The notes under the pieces were generated by a model. That model was not told where the DNA came from, searched no databases, and worked only from the letters and a program-made list of their open reading frames with translations. 64,000 nt of DNA, taken from assembly GCA_951406725.2 (NCBI GenBank), contig OX597832.1:41912001-41976000 (forward strand), written 5' to 3'. Shown in pieces: positions 24,212 to 37,460 of the stretch. Numbering within the stretch: position 1 is the first letter of the stretch; each line of letters begins with the position of its first letter. Source of the stretch: Octopus vulgaris (lineage: Eukaryota). The translations under genes and the position numbers were made by a program.

Positions 24212-24249
24212 TCTTTTACGTTTCGAGCGTACGCTCTTCTACAGAAAGA
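24212..24249 (-). ncRNA. Minimal type I hammerhead-ribozyme-like motif with variant core
   Basis: Minus strand UCUUU-CUGUAGA-A-GAGCGUACGCUC-GAAAC-GUA-AAAGA. Stems I and II pair and stem III is the palindrome ACGU; A6 is replaced by U. Confidence 0.5.
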
Positions 24250-25350
24250 AACAAGGAGAGAAAATGTGTTTGTGTGTGTATGACCAGTGTACTTTTTGTT
24301 AAAGTCTAGATACACCAGTCTGTATGTAACGTCACCACTATTACTTGTGTTGTTGCATACAAACTCATTCTACCTTGTCGGTGTTGTGACAGCACTGAAG
24401 ATTCTGTCTTTATGTAGATTGTTCTTCGGCAAGTCAGCTTTGTATAGTAGTCCCAGTTACTACACAGGGGACTGAACCCAGCACTGCAAACTAACAAAGC
24501 CCTTGTCATGTACCGCTTGCTTACAGCAGGGAAGCGAAGTGTTTCTACTTTGTAGCACCTGAATTACAGCTAAGCGAACTAGAAGTTAATTGCCTCTATC
24601 ATTACCTACATATGAAGCACTGCTGGCCAGAAGTGAACCTTTAATCTCAGGTGATCACATGTTCTCTTCTTTGATCTTGTTGCATATCAATACATGGAAG
24701 AGAGAGAGTTGGTGGTGGTGCAGTTTGAATATAATTGTAGAGTTAGTGTAGATAGTCACTAGCTGTTGTCAAGGAAACAACAAACTGTTTTGATGGTGAG
24801 TGATGATTACTTTAGATGATGTTTACAGTTGGCTGTTGGTACATTCTCATATATTATTTATTAACACTATGTATTTTTACTGAGGCAGCTTTTATACAAC
24901 CAGTTGATCTGCTGGAAATGTCAGTTAAATCTTCCTCAAATAACACTCCCTGGTGTCTTAAAACAAAGGGCATTGGATAAATAAAAGAAGATAGCCATAG
25001 CTGAAATACTTTTGATTTTTGCCTCTCAGATCCTCCCAGCCATAAATAAATGACTATAAATGATTTCTATTTTCCCCATTATCAGTTACATTAGCTTTTG
25101 GGTTTTTTTTCCATCCTTGCAGGGATTGGATGTACTCCCTCCTCCAATTCAGCATTCTACCACTTGTGGCATTCCTTGCCTTGATTGACATCACGCGATA
25201 GTTGGAAGCGAATGTGTCACAGTCCTGCAAGTGGTCGCCTTCATTTCCAGTCATTTGTGAAAATATGTCTCTGGCCGTACAAAAATATCTCACTTGGAAA
25301 TGGGCGAGAGTTGGCAACAGGAAGGACAGCCAGGCCTTAGAAAATCTGCC

Positions 25351-25579
25351 TTAACCTTTTCATTACCGTATTTATTTTGAGAGGCTTTGTATTTCTCTCA
25401 ATTACTTGAAACATAGCAAAGAATTTAAGTAAAATAACTTCGTTATCATTCAGCTAGTGTTAGGAACATAAATTGTGACTAAGGTTTGGTGGAAGATTTT
25501 CATTCAAAACTTATGAAAACAAGAAATTTGTACTCGGAGCCAGAGCTGGTTTCAGCCGGGTTGGTAACGAAAGGGTTAA
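25351..25579 (-). mobile_element. piggyBac-like MITE, family P2
   Basis: TTAA|CCTTTT...AAAGGG|TTAA; near-identical to 44883-45110 and 62947-63154. Confidence 0.9.
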
Positions 25580-26282
25580 ACGCTGTCAGAGCCATGTGAG
25601 CATAAAAAGTGAATGTGAAAGTGATGATGACTACTTTTTCCTGTCTTCTTATATATAATACCATATTTTGGTGGTGTGTTGACTAAGTTACTTATTGGCA
25701 GGTGACTGGCACGAGGAATTCTATTTTGTTTAAGGTAGCTAATTAAAACAATTAAAGTTGTATGTTTTTGTGAAGCAGCTAGCATAGCTATGTGATTTGT
25801 AGATGCGAGGTTTGATTCCGTAAGCCGGTCGTCACTGTTTTAACACCCACTTTTCCATGCTTGCATGGCTCAGACAGAATTCACTGAAGCGGGAGCAATG
25901 CCCTTCTTCATTTATTTCTCTTATGGCCCAACATGTTTTCATGGAAGACAGGAAATGAAGGATGCTGGTGTTGCTTGTTCACCACTATCCTTTGCTGTCA
26001 AAACAATGGGACACAAACATTCACATATGTGTACGCACACACACATTTATATGCATATATGATGGGCATCTTTCAGTTTCCATTTACCAAATACAGTCAC
26101 AAGGCTTTGGTTGACTCTGCTCCATAGTCGAGGACACTTTGCCAAGGTGTCACTATGAAACTAAACCTAAAATCACTCGATTGGGTATCAAATCTCTCAA
26201 CTACACAACCACCACTACAATGTCAGTTTTTTTTTTTTTTTCATTTTACACACACACACACACACACATTTTCTTTTTTTTT

Positions 26283-26598
26283 CTTACAGCATTCACCCGG
26301 GGTGGGTTGAGCTGGCTTCATTCATCCTCAATGCTGCATCTCTCACAAACACCGACCAGGCCTGGCGATTTAAGGCTAACGACCGCGTGATCTCCAACCA
26401 CTCCTTATTCCAGCGGCGAACGCCTTAGATATGGGGGTCTAGGTTGGGTTCCAGTTCAACCTTGACTGTCATCAGCCAGGTTTTTTGTTGTCCACCAAAT
26501 TGCTTTTGCCAACCCTGAAGGGGAGCTGGGGCAATTGCTTCGTAGGTTGGGTTCCAGATCAGCCTTGACTGTCATCAGCCAGGTTTTCCGTTGTCCAC
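26283..26598 (-). mobile_element. RTE LINE 3' end with internal 56-bp direct duplication
   Basis: Minus strand GGQRKTWLMTVKADLEP..RRWNKEWL..LALNRQAW..VRDA..SSTHPG*; same family end at about 59371-59422 (+). Confidence 0.8.
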
Positions 26599-27093
26599 AC
26601 ACACACACACATCTATACAGATATAGTTAGACTTATATAGCTATACACATACATACTATATTCTTTTTATATCTGTTTTACCAGCATGGCATCTAAGTTT
26701 ATTGTGGTCCTAAGTCATCTTCTTTGTGAGGTCGAACAGCTTGAAATCAACTTTCAACCTCTTTTTTTTCCTGACTCTTCCTCGGTCTTCCTCTTTTGCA
26801 GGTTCCTTCCTTTTGGATTGTGACACTTCTTTACCCTACTGTCAACCCCCATACCAGAAGAACCTCCTCTGTTTCACACTACATCTGATCCCCCTTATAG
26901 CCAATTTTTCTTTCAGCTCCTTTGTTTGGTCATTCATGCACATTATTACAACACCTCCAGCAGAATATTGTAGCCTCATTTCTTTCCAGCCTTTGCACTT
27001 CTTACTCAGGTGTTACACTACTCTATCTTGTATTCAGAAAGTCTTTTGTTGCCAGTGGTGCTAAATAACTCCTTTACCTTGGCTATACTCTCT

Positions 27094-27499
27094 CTCTTTT
27101 ACTCTTTTACTTGTTTCAGTCATCTGACTGCGGCCATGCTGGAGTACCGCCTTTAGTCGAGCAAATCGACCCCGGGACTTATTCTTTGTAAGCCCGTACT
27201 TATTCTATCGGTCTCTTTTGCCGAACCGCTAAGTGACGGGGACGTAAACACACCAGCATCGGTTGTCAAGCAATGTTGGTGGGGGACAAACACAGACACA
27301 CAAACACACACACACATATATATATATACATATATACGACAGGCTTCTTTCAGTTTCCGTCTACCAAATCCACTCGCAAGGCATTGGTCGGCCCAGGGCT
27401 ATAGTAGAAGACACTTGCCCAAGATGCCACGCAGTGGGACTGAACCCGGAACCATGTGGTTGGTTAGCAAGCTACTTACCCCACAGCCACTCCTGTGCC
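27094..27499 (-). mobile_element. SINE family A, full length
   Basis: Reverse complement of the 170-533 and 55649-56010 copies. Confidence 0.92.
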
Positions 27500-27956
27500 T
27501 ATACTATGTTTTTGGAATGCACACTGCTAATTAGGTCGCCTAGGTTATAGAGCTATCTATTACTTCTGTATGTATGCATGTGTATATATATATATGCATA
27601 CATACATAAATGTACAGGAAGCTTTTTACATGGTAGTGGCACAGGTGCTTTTTACGTGACACAGGCATGGGTGCAGGTGCTTTCAAAGTGGCACTGGTAT
27701 GTGTGATTCATGCAAACATGTGATTAAAGGTATTCTACCTATGAATGTCACATCTTCTCGGCAATTGCTTCCTTGATCGAATTGTCACTTTCTGCAAAGT
27801 GAGTATGGTTTGAGACAGCTCTGGGGATTACTTTGTGGTGAGGTCAACAATCACTTGTACAACCTGGTGTGTTATGAGAGAAGATATAAAGAATGTGTCC
27901 TTGTTTTAATGGAGGAGCACCCTCCCAAAAGATTTAAGGGAAAAAAAAAGCTTATA

Positions 27957-28525
27957 TTGGGTTGTCTGGAAAGTTCATGCCGATTTATAGTAGCTTACCT
28001 TTCGACTTATCTTAGAACATGGTTGCGTCCATAAAAGAGGATTTGACTACACCTCCGTTTAGAGCACAGTTTAAGCTATCTTTTCGTGGAAGAAGGTTTA
28101 TGTTCCTATAACCTGTGTTAATTCTGTAACCCTTTAAAATGGAAGATAAGAAAGTTCATTTGCAGCACTTGCTGCTTTAGGAACCAGACAAAAATTGCTG
28201 CAGCTTGGCTGGGATGTGTTACCCCACCTTCCATATTCACCAGATATTGCTCCTTCGGATTTCCACTTATTCAGGTCTCTGTAGAATAGCCTTAATGGTA
28301 AAAATTTCAATTCCTTGGATGACATAAAAAGATACCTTGATGAATTCTTTGCCATGAAACCATCTCAATTCTGTGAAGAGGGTATTTTCAAGTTAAAGGA
28401 AAGATGGAGACGCATTGTGCAGCAACAAAATGGTTCATATTTGGTTGATTAAAAATGTAATGGCAATTATTTATTGACCTTTTTCTATCCTTTAAAAATC
28501 GGCACAAACTTTCCGGACAACCCAA
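27957..28525 (+). mobile_element. Internally deleted mariner element
   Basis: TA|TTGGGTTGTCTGGAAAGTT...AACTTTCCGGACAACCCAA|TA TIRs with TA TSD; C-terminal transposase WDVLPHLPYSPDIAPSDFHLFRSL..ERWRRIV. Confidence 0.92.
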
Positions 28526-31500
28526 TATATAGTCTTAAAGGGGTATGTTTGTACTAAATTACAGGTTTTGTATAAAATGTTATATTTGACTATCATCATC
28601 AGTTAACGTCCACTTTTCCATGCTTGCATGGGTCAGATGGAATTTTAAGGCAGATTTTCAAAGGCCTAATGCCATTCCTTGTTGCCAACCCTCATCTGTT
28701 TTATGGCAAGCTAATATTTCCCCATGACTAGATATGTTTTTCGTGGAAGACTAGAGATGAGCAACATTGCTTGTATGACAGTAGCAGTTGTAGTAGTATG
28801 GGGGTCATGCACTGTAGCAGCATGTCAGTGCATCCACCATTTGTTGGGGATTCCCCCTTCCTGGTGGATGCTGTATAACAGGTCTGCTCACTTTCGACCC
28901 CCATCACATGATATCAAGACACATGCACCCACAAACATACATGACAGGGTTCCTTCAATCTCTGTCCACCAAATTCTCTCACAAATCTTTTGTCAGCCCA
29001 GGGCTATAATAGATGTTTACCCCATGGTGTCATGCAGTGGGACTAAATCTGAGATCACTCAGTTAAGAAGCAAGCTTTCTAACCACACAGCTATGCCTGT
29101 GTCTGTCTGTCTATCGTTGGTGTCTATTCCTTCTTTGTTCTTTTCTTCTCCTATTTCTTATGTCAGTATTTTCAACAACTAAGAAGTCAGATCCTTACAT
29201 GAAACATGTGGCCACACACACATGTTGCACTTTATAGATAGAGTGGGGTGTTGTTAGAGTTGGCAGGTTTTCTGTTTTTGTTATTTGTGCATTTTTTTTT
29301 TTACTTGTTTCAATAATGAGACTGTGGCCATGCTGGGGCACCCCTTTGAAGAATTTTTAGTCATATATATGCTTTGGTGTCTTCTGGTTCATTGCCTTGC
29401 TTTGCATTTCTGAGTTCAAAACCACCAAAAGTTGATGTGTGAGAGATTGAGATACCAATTCTATAGAACTATGATCATTAGTAATGACTTCATGTAGACT
29501 TTATGAAGACAACATTATTTGGTCAATATTCTAGTTTTCATGTATATTATTTCAAATAATCAACTCTGTCTCGGAATATTTTGATTATAGGGCTCAATCT
29601 GTCAACCCTTTAGCATTTAAATTGGCCATATCCTGCCAAAATAATCCCACACTTACCCTACAATATTATTCTAAAAATAAATAATCACATCATTGAAATC
29701 TCCAAGCTACAAGGTAATTCATGACTAATTCAAATTGTAAATAAATAAGCATTTCATTTGACAGAAATTGAATGCTAAAGAGCAAAATACCTTTGGGGTC
29801 ATAAGTCTGCTGGATCAGGGGTTAAACTATAGATAAACAACAATAGCCCTAAGGGCGTGTTTTTGTATGAAACAGGACAAATATTTGCATCAGCTTCGAC
29901 CCTTTGTACTCCTGACCTGTGTTATTCTGGATCTCTTTCTTGTCAAACGGTTACCCTAAAACGGTGACAATCTAACTTCAATTTCCACCAGCTTCACTCA
30001 CTAGTTCAAACCCCAGATCATCCCTGAATAAGCAGATCTATAATCAAAGGCATTCTAGCCCTGTGACTACTGTAGTTTGCCCAAGACTGCATGTTCCATT
30101 ATGTCCTCTTTGTAGATAGAAAGGTGTGATCTGAAGGAAATTTGGCTGCTATTTCTAGCAAGTGAACTAATCATATAAAGCAGGCACAGACAGACTTTTA
30201 CTAGAAGCAAGCTGTATGAGACACGGTTCGTCATTATCAGGCAGCCAGCACTACCAAAAATATTCAAGGTAATTTTTTGTCAGTTATGTCATTCGGAAAG
30301 TCCCATAGGCCGTAGACTGCCCATGACTGATGTAGATACTCTTGTTGGCTCATTACACTGGTCACTGTGTCCTTGTCAAATGACCTGGAAACAATGCTAG
30401 GTCATTCATCATTGCCTCTGTGAAGCCGAACACTCGAAAGGAGCTTTCCATGTGCCACAGTTTACAAAAATCTTCCTGCAATACAAATTATTCTGAAGCA
30501 CCCCTAGGCACCAAAGTTTGGTGACTGGTCTGGGCCAGATATGGCCAATTCAAATGCTAAAGGATTAAAAGATTAATGACAGTAGTTAGATGAAAATGAG
30601 AGAAGAATGGTTACCATTATACTTGTTCTAGGGTCTATTTTAAAAGTTATGTATTGAGTAAGTAATTATACTGTAAAAGTCATATGGCTATTTAAAACCC
30701 AACACACACCGTAAATAATGTTATACAGTCTGAAGAACTTTGTAAGAATATTATAAAAGCTCTAAAAATCACCATTTCTGGTTCTTGTGAAATGCATAGT
30801 CTCTTGTTTGATGTACAATGTTTGTAATGCTATATGGGTTTGATTGTGTGTAAATTTATAATTTAAATTTTTCTTTTTTGTCATGTCCTTGATGAATATT
30901 GTTTAATATTTCTTTATGTTGTATTTTTATGATATTTTTTTTTGTTTAATTTGTTTCTAGAATGTACCATATTTGATGTTATATAAAACGCCCTTTTTTT
31001 TTCCCCCCCGAGGGAAATGTCTCAAAAACTTGCCCCAGGTCCTATATACATATTTGTTTTTAACCCTTTAGCATTCAGATTACCCTGTCAAATGTAATGT
31101 TTATTTATTCACATTGTTTTGAATTAATCATAAATTGTGTTGTAGCTTTTGAGATTTCAATAATGCGATTGTTTACTTTTTAGAGTGACATTTTAGGGTA
31201 GATATAAGAGACTGGATCTGACCAGGTTGAATGCAAAACTGGTCAAATATATTGACCAGTTTGAATACTAAAGGATTAGATATTATATGGTTCACTGCAC
31301 TAAACCTTTCTTTCTGAAATATGAATTACTGAAATTGGGAAGCATCTAATATGCCTGTCTTTTATGCCATGAAATAGTGTGTGTCTTTACTGTTGAGTAT
31401 ATGTTGTGTATGATACAAAATTCAAAGCTACAAGTAAGCACAATTACTGCTAGACTGGTTTTGTTGTATCATTATAACTTCTGCCCAGTTATGTTTCCAA

Positions 31501-31848
31501 CATCTTGCGGTGGAACACAGACTGAATATACTTTGTGGTTTTGTGTATAGTTTATACTGAGTAGGTATGGGCTCCGGGCGAGAATGGAGATGGTATGGAA
31601 AATGGTTTGGAGATATTGGTGGAATGTGAAGTAAGTTGTTGTGGAAGATTTGACAGATTTTCCCCCAGTAATTTACAGATTTATTGAAAGAAATGAACCA
31701 GAGATTATTTGCCTGGCAGGAGAGATCATACAAATGCATACGGAGTAGTTTCCTGTATATAAACATGTTTGTACACACACACACAGGTTGGTTTTTATGC
31801 TGAGTTTTCTAGTTTGATCAACTGAATGATCCTGGCAGTTTACACTAG

Positions 31849-32170
31849 GTACAGGCATAGCTGTGTGGTTAAGAAGCTTGTTTTGCAATAATGTGGTTTT
31901 GAGTTCAGTCCCATTGCATGGCGCCTTGGGCAAGCTGATCAATGTCTTGTGAGTGAATTTGGTAGATGAAAACTGTGTGTTTGGGTTTGTCCCTTCCCCC
32001 CAACTTGACAACCAGTACTGTTTTGTTTATGTCCCTAGTAAGTTAGTTGTTTGGCAAACAGAATAAGTACCAAACTTTAAAAATAAGTACTGGGGTCAAT
32101 TTGTTTGACTAAGCCCTTCAAGGTAGTGCCCCAGCAGGGCTGCTGTCCAATGACTGAAATAAGTAAAAGA
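31849..32170 (+). mobile_element. SINE family A, older CpG-decayed copy
   Basis: Colinear with family A head and tail. Confidence 0.8.
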
Positions 32171-32800
32171 CCAAGATTATAGAAGTAGCTGAGTATTCCG
32201 TACATGCTTGTCCTTAATATAGTCCTCGTGCAGAATTAGTGTGACAAGGCAGACCATTTGATTTCCAAGTACATCAGTCCAAAGTGTCAAATCGTTTTTG
32301 GCACCCTGGCATTATTTCCAGTTACCTTCTCTAGGTAATCATAAGAGCATAAGTTTGTTCATAGGAGGTGTGAAGTAATATTTGGGACCACTGTTGGCTG
32401 AGCAAACAGGGTACCTGTTTGGAAAATCTACATGCTTCCCCAGAAGTAAAATTTGTGAAAAGGGTGCTGAGTCAACCATGGAGTGTTTAAAACCTTCTGG
32501 AGAGTGTCACATAAGAGGTGATGAACCTGAGTTTGTTGGGTGTGATGTTGAAACGAAAAGGTAATCATCGCATGTCTTAACACTTGAAACTTTGGTCTCC
32601 TTTTCAACTTGTTCCAGCCACTACAACCTCCATTTTCTATTCTCCCGCCCAAATATATATATATTAATCAATTTAGGGTAGCAAAAAATTCAATAGAAAT
32701 TATTTTGCCACCAGCGGTCTAGTGAGAAAGAGGAAATAGTCAGAGACTATGAATAAATTCAACGTCGAACGGCCTATTGTGGCCGTTCCTCAATTGCTGT

Positions 32801-32845
<45 letters not shown>

Positions 32846-35299
32846 ACATATATATATAATACAAATAAGAAAATGGAGAAGCAAATTTAGTTTGTTCATC
32901 AACTTTCGGATATTATAAAGTTGGATTATTTATTCATTTTACAAATGAGAACATCAAAAGCCAACAAAATATTATATAAATCAATAGATGAGATAATAAT
33001 ACAAATACAGATTTTAAAAGTCATATTATAAATTAACGAAGTCCTAAAATTACTTCTTACAGCTGTTTCAGCCTATATATATATATAATAAATATAAATG
33101 TTTTTTTTAACCCTTTGAAGCGTAACAGTATATGTGAAAACTGTTAATTTTAGCAGTTTGAATTTTTTTTTTTTGACTACCATTTCAAAATAATAAGATT
33201 TTATATTGACTAATTTATCTAGTTATCAATAATTTTTTTTTTTTTCTCATCAGGTTCAGCACAAAATATTTTATCAAAATATTTGATAACTTCGTTTGAA
33301 ATGAAACTTTTTTTTTCTAGTGAATTTTTTTGTCTAGTGATTTTTCTCCATGTTTTTGTTTTCCGTATGTTTTTTTTTTTTAATTTCTCTTCTTCCCCCT
33401 TGATGTTACTTATTTTTTTCTTATCCCCTTTAATATTATTTTCATCTTCAGGGTGGAGTTCATCAATTAATATGATCCTATCATCTCAGTTAACGCTTCA
33501 GTTCATATTTCAGATTTACCTAAACAAATAAGCTTGATTTGTTAATTGTTAAATTTCTCTCACTCCAGTTTGTTATTTCTGTCTGGTGTACATATACATA
33601 TATACATATATATATATATATAAGTTTTATATATAGAGATTTTACACCCTTGGTTTATTGTATTTTAATATTTGTAGACATATTTAAGGTGTTTTAAATT
33701 GGAGTTAAGAATTTTAATATTGAAACTATTACCACTGTTATTATTTTTATAAGGGTGGGAATAAAGGAGGTTTAGCTGTTACCCTTATTTAATTGCTGGT
33801 CTTTCACTTCTAGAATGTATTTTCTACAGAAGATTGTCTTTTAACATAGTAATTTTAGGAAAGCACATTAACCTCTCATGAGTTACAGAAGTTTTTACCT
33901 ACATAAGTTTCCTTCTATAATTAATTTTATTAGCATGAAGGAAACTCTATTAAAACTATAACACTTAGAAAAAAAATAGGAAGAAATTAAATGTTAAGCT
34001 ATAGGCATGAGCATTTGAATATATTTGTAAATAACGACCAGTAAACGTATCTTCTATCTGTGAATAGTTTACTCTCTGATGAGACTAATAGTTTATCTGT
34101 ATATATGTATTGCTGTTGCCTGGTTAGAGCTGGCTTAGGGTCTGAGCTTTGTTTCATTGGATGTGAGTATAAAACCTAATTTAACTCGTGCTGTCCTTTT
34201 GCCTCTCTCTGTTTTTGTATTCTCTCATTTTGAATGTACATGATATTTCTCAAGCTCCACTCACACTTGCATCATTTGATCGGTCCACCTACAACGGAGG
34301 ACCAGCCACCAGTTTGAGCAAAGTGCATGTCTCCTGTTTTGCACACCTGTATTCTTGACAATTTTACCTGTGACGTCGGTCGCGTTGAACCGCCTCCGTT
34401 CCTTTCATAGATTCATCTTCTAAGCTTTTTTGTTTCCTCGTTTCGCTGTTTATAGGCCATACATTCAGTAGTTCCCTAATACGCCCACAAGCCGTCTCCA
34501 CACGAAAAACAAGTCACGACCTTTTTTGGTAATGCCTAAGCAGTTTCTTGGCTATCGGAAAGCAGAAGGATGCCCTCAAAAAAACCAAGGTCAGTTTCTG
34601 CTTCTAGTGGAGGCCAGTGGCTTTTACTGGAAGCAGTTAACCCTTCTTCTTCACAGCGTGCAGTTTTTCTCTGCCAGATTTCCTTTTTCATTGAGCTTTT
34701 GATCTAAAACTGACACAGACTCTATCTGTCTCTCTATCTCTCTCTCTCTCTACATCCTTACTAGTCTTCAGTATAAATCTTAGTTTTCACTGACTCCTGT
34801 CCCACTCTTTCTCACGTGTCACAACTATTCTTTATTAAACTACATTAACATTGTTTTGCCTCTTATTGTTTTATATATATTATTATTTTTAATTAATTAA
34901 TTTCTTTTACTCCTTTTTCCCTGCCATCTTAATTAGTTCTGAATGTAGTTGAATGAATGTGATTAAATTTATTTTCATAAATAGGTTTCTTAACATTTTA
35001 ACCAGAATAATAACTCTGTAGGACCTTCTTAATAAGTACTAACTTTTGTAGTAATAGTTAATGAAGTGATTAGTTTAATTAATGTTTTCTGTTACTTACA
35101 ATTCATTTGATTGATATAATCTTCAGGAATTTTCAGGTCTATAATTTTTACTATGAACTATATGTATATATATGGGTATGTATGACTGAATGTATATATT
35201 TATGCGTGAATGAATGATGTATGTGTACACGTATTTCTGTACTGAATATTTGTGTATATGTCGATGTGTGCCTTTGTACTAAGCCAAAAGTATTGCATC

Positions 35300-36150
35300 A
35301 CTTAGTGCTTTGCTTGCACAATTTGGTCAGTGAACAGAGGGGGAAATTCTCTGTAATATCTTTGAAGATCACCGAGATCATGCACCATTCAGCCCTTGGA
35401 AACAATCTGTATCAAACCTAAGGGAATGGAAAATAAACCACAGGTGGTTGATAGGTTAACTTTCCTCAGCGGGTCACTCTCATGGGCAGTTAGCATTGAT
35501 GAAGAGATCACCAAGAGGATCTCTGAAGCTGGCATTACCTTTTGGCTGCCGAATAAGGGGTGGGTTCGCAGAGGAATCAGAGCTCATCACCAAGTTCACG
35601 GTCTGCTGCACAGTTGTTTTTACAACCCTCTGGACAGTCAGGAGAAGAGATGTGTGACCTATCAGTCGTTTCTCATATGAAGTGTCTCAACAGCATCCTC
35701 TGCTTCCATCCATTGGCAGGACAGAGTTATCCTGTGCTCCAGCATGTACACCGTTCTGCCGAAACCTCTTGTAAAATGTGCTGCATATGTCAGTTGCCTG
35801 CCATGCTGTAGCATCCTATACCAGTTGCTTCATGGTGGACACTATCAAGAAAGGTGTGCCGTTGGGAGGCAAAGGAAAAAAGTAGGCCAACTGATTGCAT
35901 CTTCAAAAGAGCTCAATGTTGTGTTTACCCTAAATTGAAACTAGGGTGCTCTGATTGACAAAGGAGCCAAGATAGCTGAAAGCAAAAGAGCACTGGCTGC
36001 TGAGGGGCATGCTGTACTTTTCTATACATGTCTTACTTGTGAATTAAGATTTCTGGGCCAGGGTGGGCCGCATAAACCAGCACTGGAACCACCAGACCAG
36101 TTGTCTAACCCATCTTTGAATCTTGGTCCTCTTCAACAACAGAGGATGAA
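35300..36150 (+). mobile_element. Degenerate RTE-clade LINE (RT C-terminal region)
   Basis: VVDRLTFLSGSLS..IDEEITKRISEA..F relic and a frameshifted continuation. Confidence 0.75.
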
Positions 36151-36212
36151 TGTTTGTGTATATATATGTGTATGTGTGTACATACATGTGTGTATATATT
36201 TGTATGTAGGAA

Positions 36213-36437
36213 GGCAGCGAGCTAGCAGAAACGTTAGCACTCCGGGAGAAATGCTTAGCTGTATTTCGTCTGTTGTTACATTCTGAGTTCAAATTCTGCC
36301 GAGGTCAACTTTGCCTTTCATCCTTTCGGCGTCGATAAATTAAGTACCAGCTACGCACTGGGTCGATGTAATCGACTTAGTACCTTTGTCTGTCCTTGTT
36401 TGTCCCCTCTATGTTTAGCCCCTTGTGGGTAAAGAAA
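36213..36437 (+). mobile_element. SINE family C, young copy
   Basis: 20-bp TSD TATATATTTGTATGTAGGAA at 36193-36212 and 36438-36457. Confidence 0.92.
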
Positions 36438-36454
36438 TATATATTTGTATGTAG

Positions 36455-36489
<35 letters not shown>

Positions 36490-36490
<1 letters not shown>

Positions 36491-36876
36491 GTCAAATATG
36501 AAAAATCAACGAAAATGCATATTGCAGATAGAAAAAGGCTATTTATGACAGGTAGTGACAAATATATACATTTATATTGACTGAGGAAGTAATACGAGTC
36601 ATAAAGGTCATTATTATGAGATGATTATAAGATGATAATAATAAAGTAAGAGACCGAAACAAACCAATTGGCAAATGATGAATAGCCTTCATGTAAACCA
36701 TTGGTTCATTTTGTTCTCTTACTTTATTATCATCTTATAATCATCTCATAATAATGACCTTTATGACTCGTATTACAACCTCAGTCAATCTAAATGTATA
36801 TATTTGTCACTACCTGTCATAAATAGCCTTTTTCTATCTGCAATATGCATTTTCGTTGATTTTTCATATTTTACCT
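36490..36876. repeat. Long AT-rich palindrome (arms about 160 bp) between (TA)n tracts
   Basis: 36490-36651 is a near-perfect reverse complement of 36715-36876. Confidence 0.95.
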
Positions 36877-36906
36877 TTATATTTTCTTTTCGTAACATAT
36901 TTCTAC

Positions 36907-36937
<31 letters not shown>

Positions 36938-37299
36938 TCAGATATACATATCACCATTTAACATGTTTTTTGCATGTACTGTGTTGTGTTCCAATGTTTA
37001 CTTTGTTATGACTATGGTTGAATGTCCTTTGTAACACTAAATACTTTATTGAGTGTACTTGATGCTGTTTTTTTTTACAAGACATTGGCACCACTGAGGT
37101 TGCCATGTAACTTGCTAGATGAAAGAGCTCTTTCACTCAAGGGGGAGGTAGTTTTTATACTGGGTGTTGAGAAGTTAAAAATGTGAAAGAATAGAGATGC
37201 AGAGCTGCCTCATATAAGGGTGGATGGAGTGGAGAGCTGAAATGAGGGAGATAAAGATGGGTGGTGATGATTTATCTGATGACCTGCAAGGTGACAGTC

Positions 37300-37460
37300 A
37301 AAATCGTCTGCCAACTCAATGTATTTCATCAGTGGTGCCTCAGAAAGATCCTAAGACAGAGTGACATATGAAGCCATTCTCCAAGCAGCAAGAGTAAGTC
37401 CACTGCATGCAATTATAACTGAATGATGAATGAGAATGGCTGGACACATACTAAGACCGG
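37300..37460 (+). mobile_element. RTE-like RT fragment
   Basis: LNVFHQWCLRKIL..VTYEAIL..MAGHILR relic. Confidence 0.6.
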
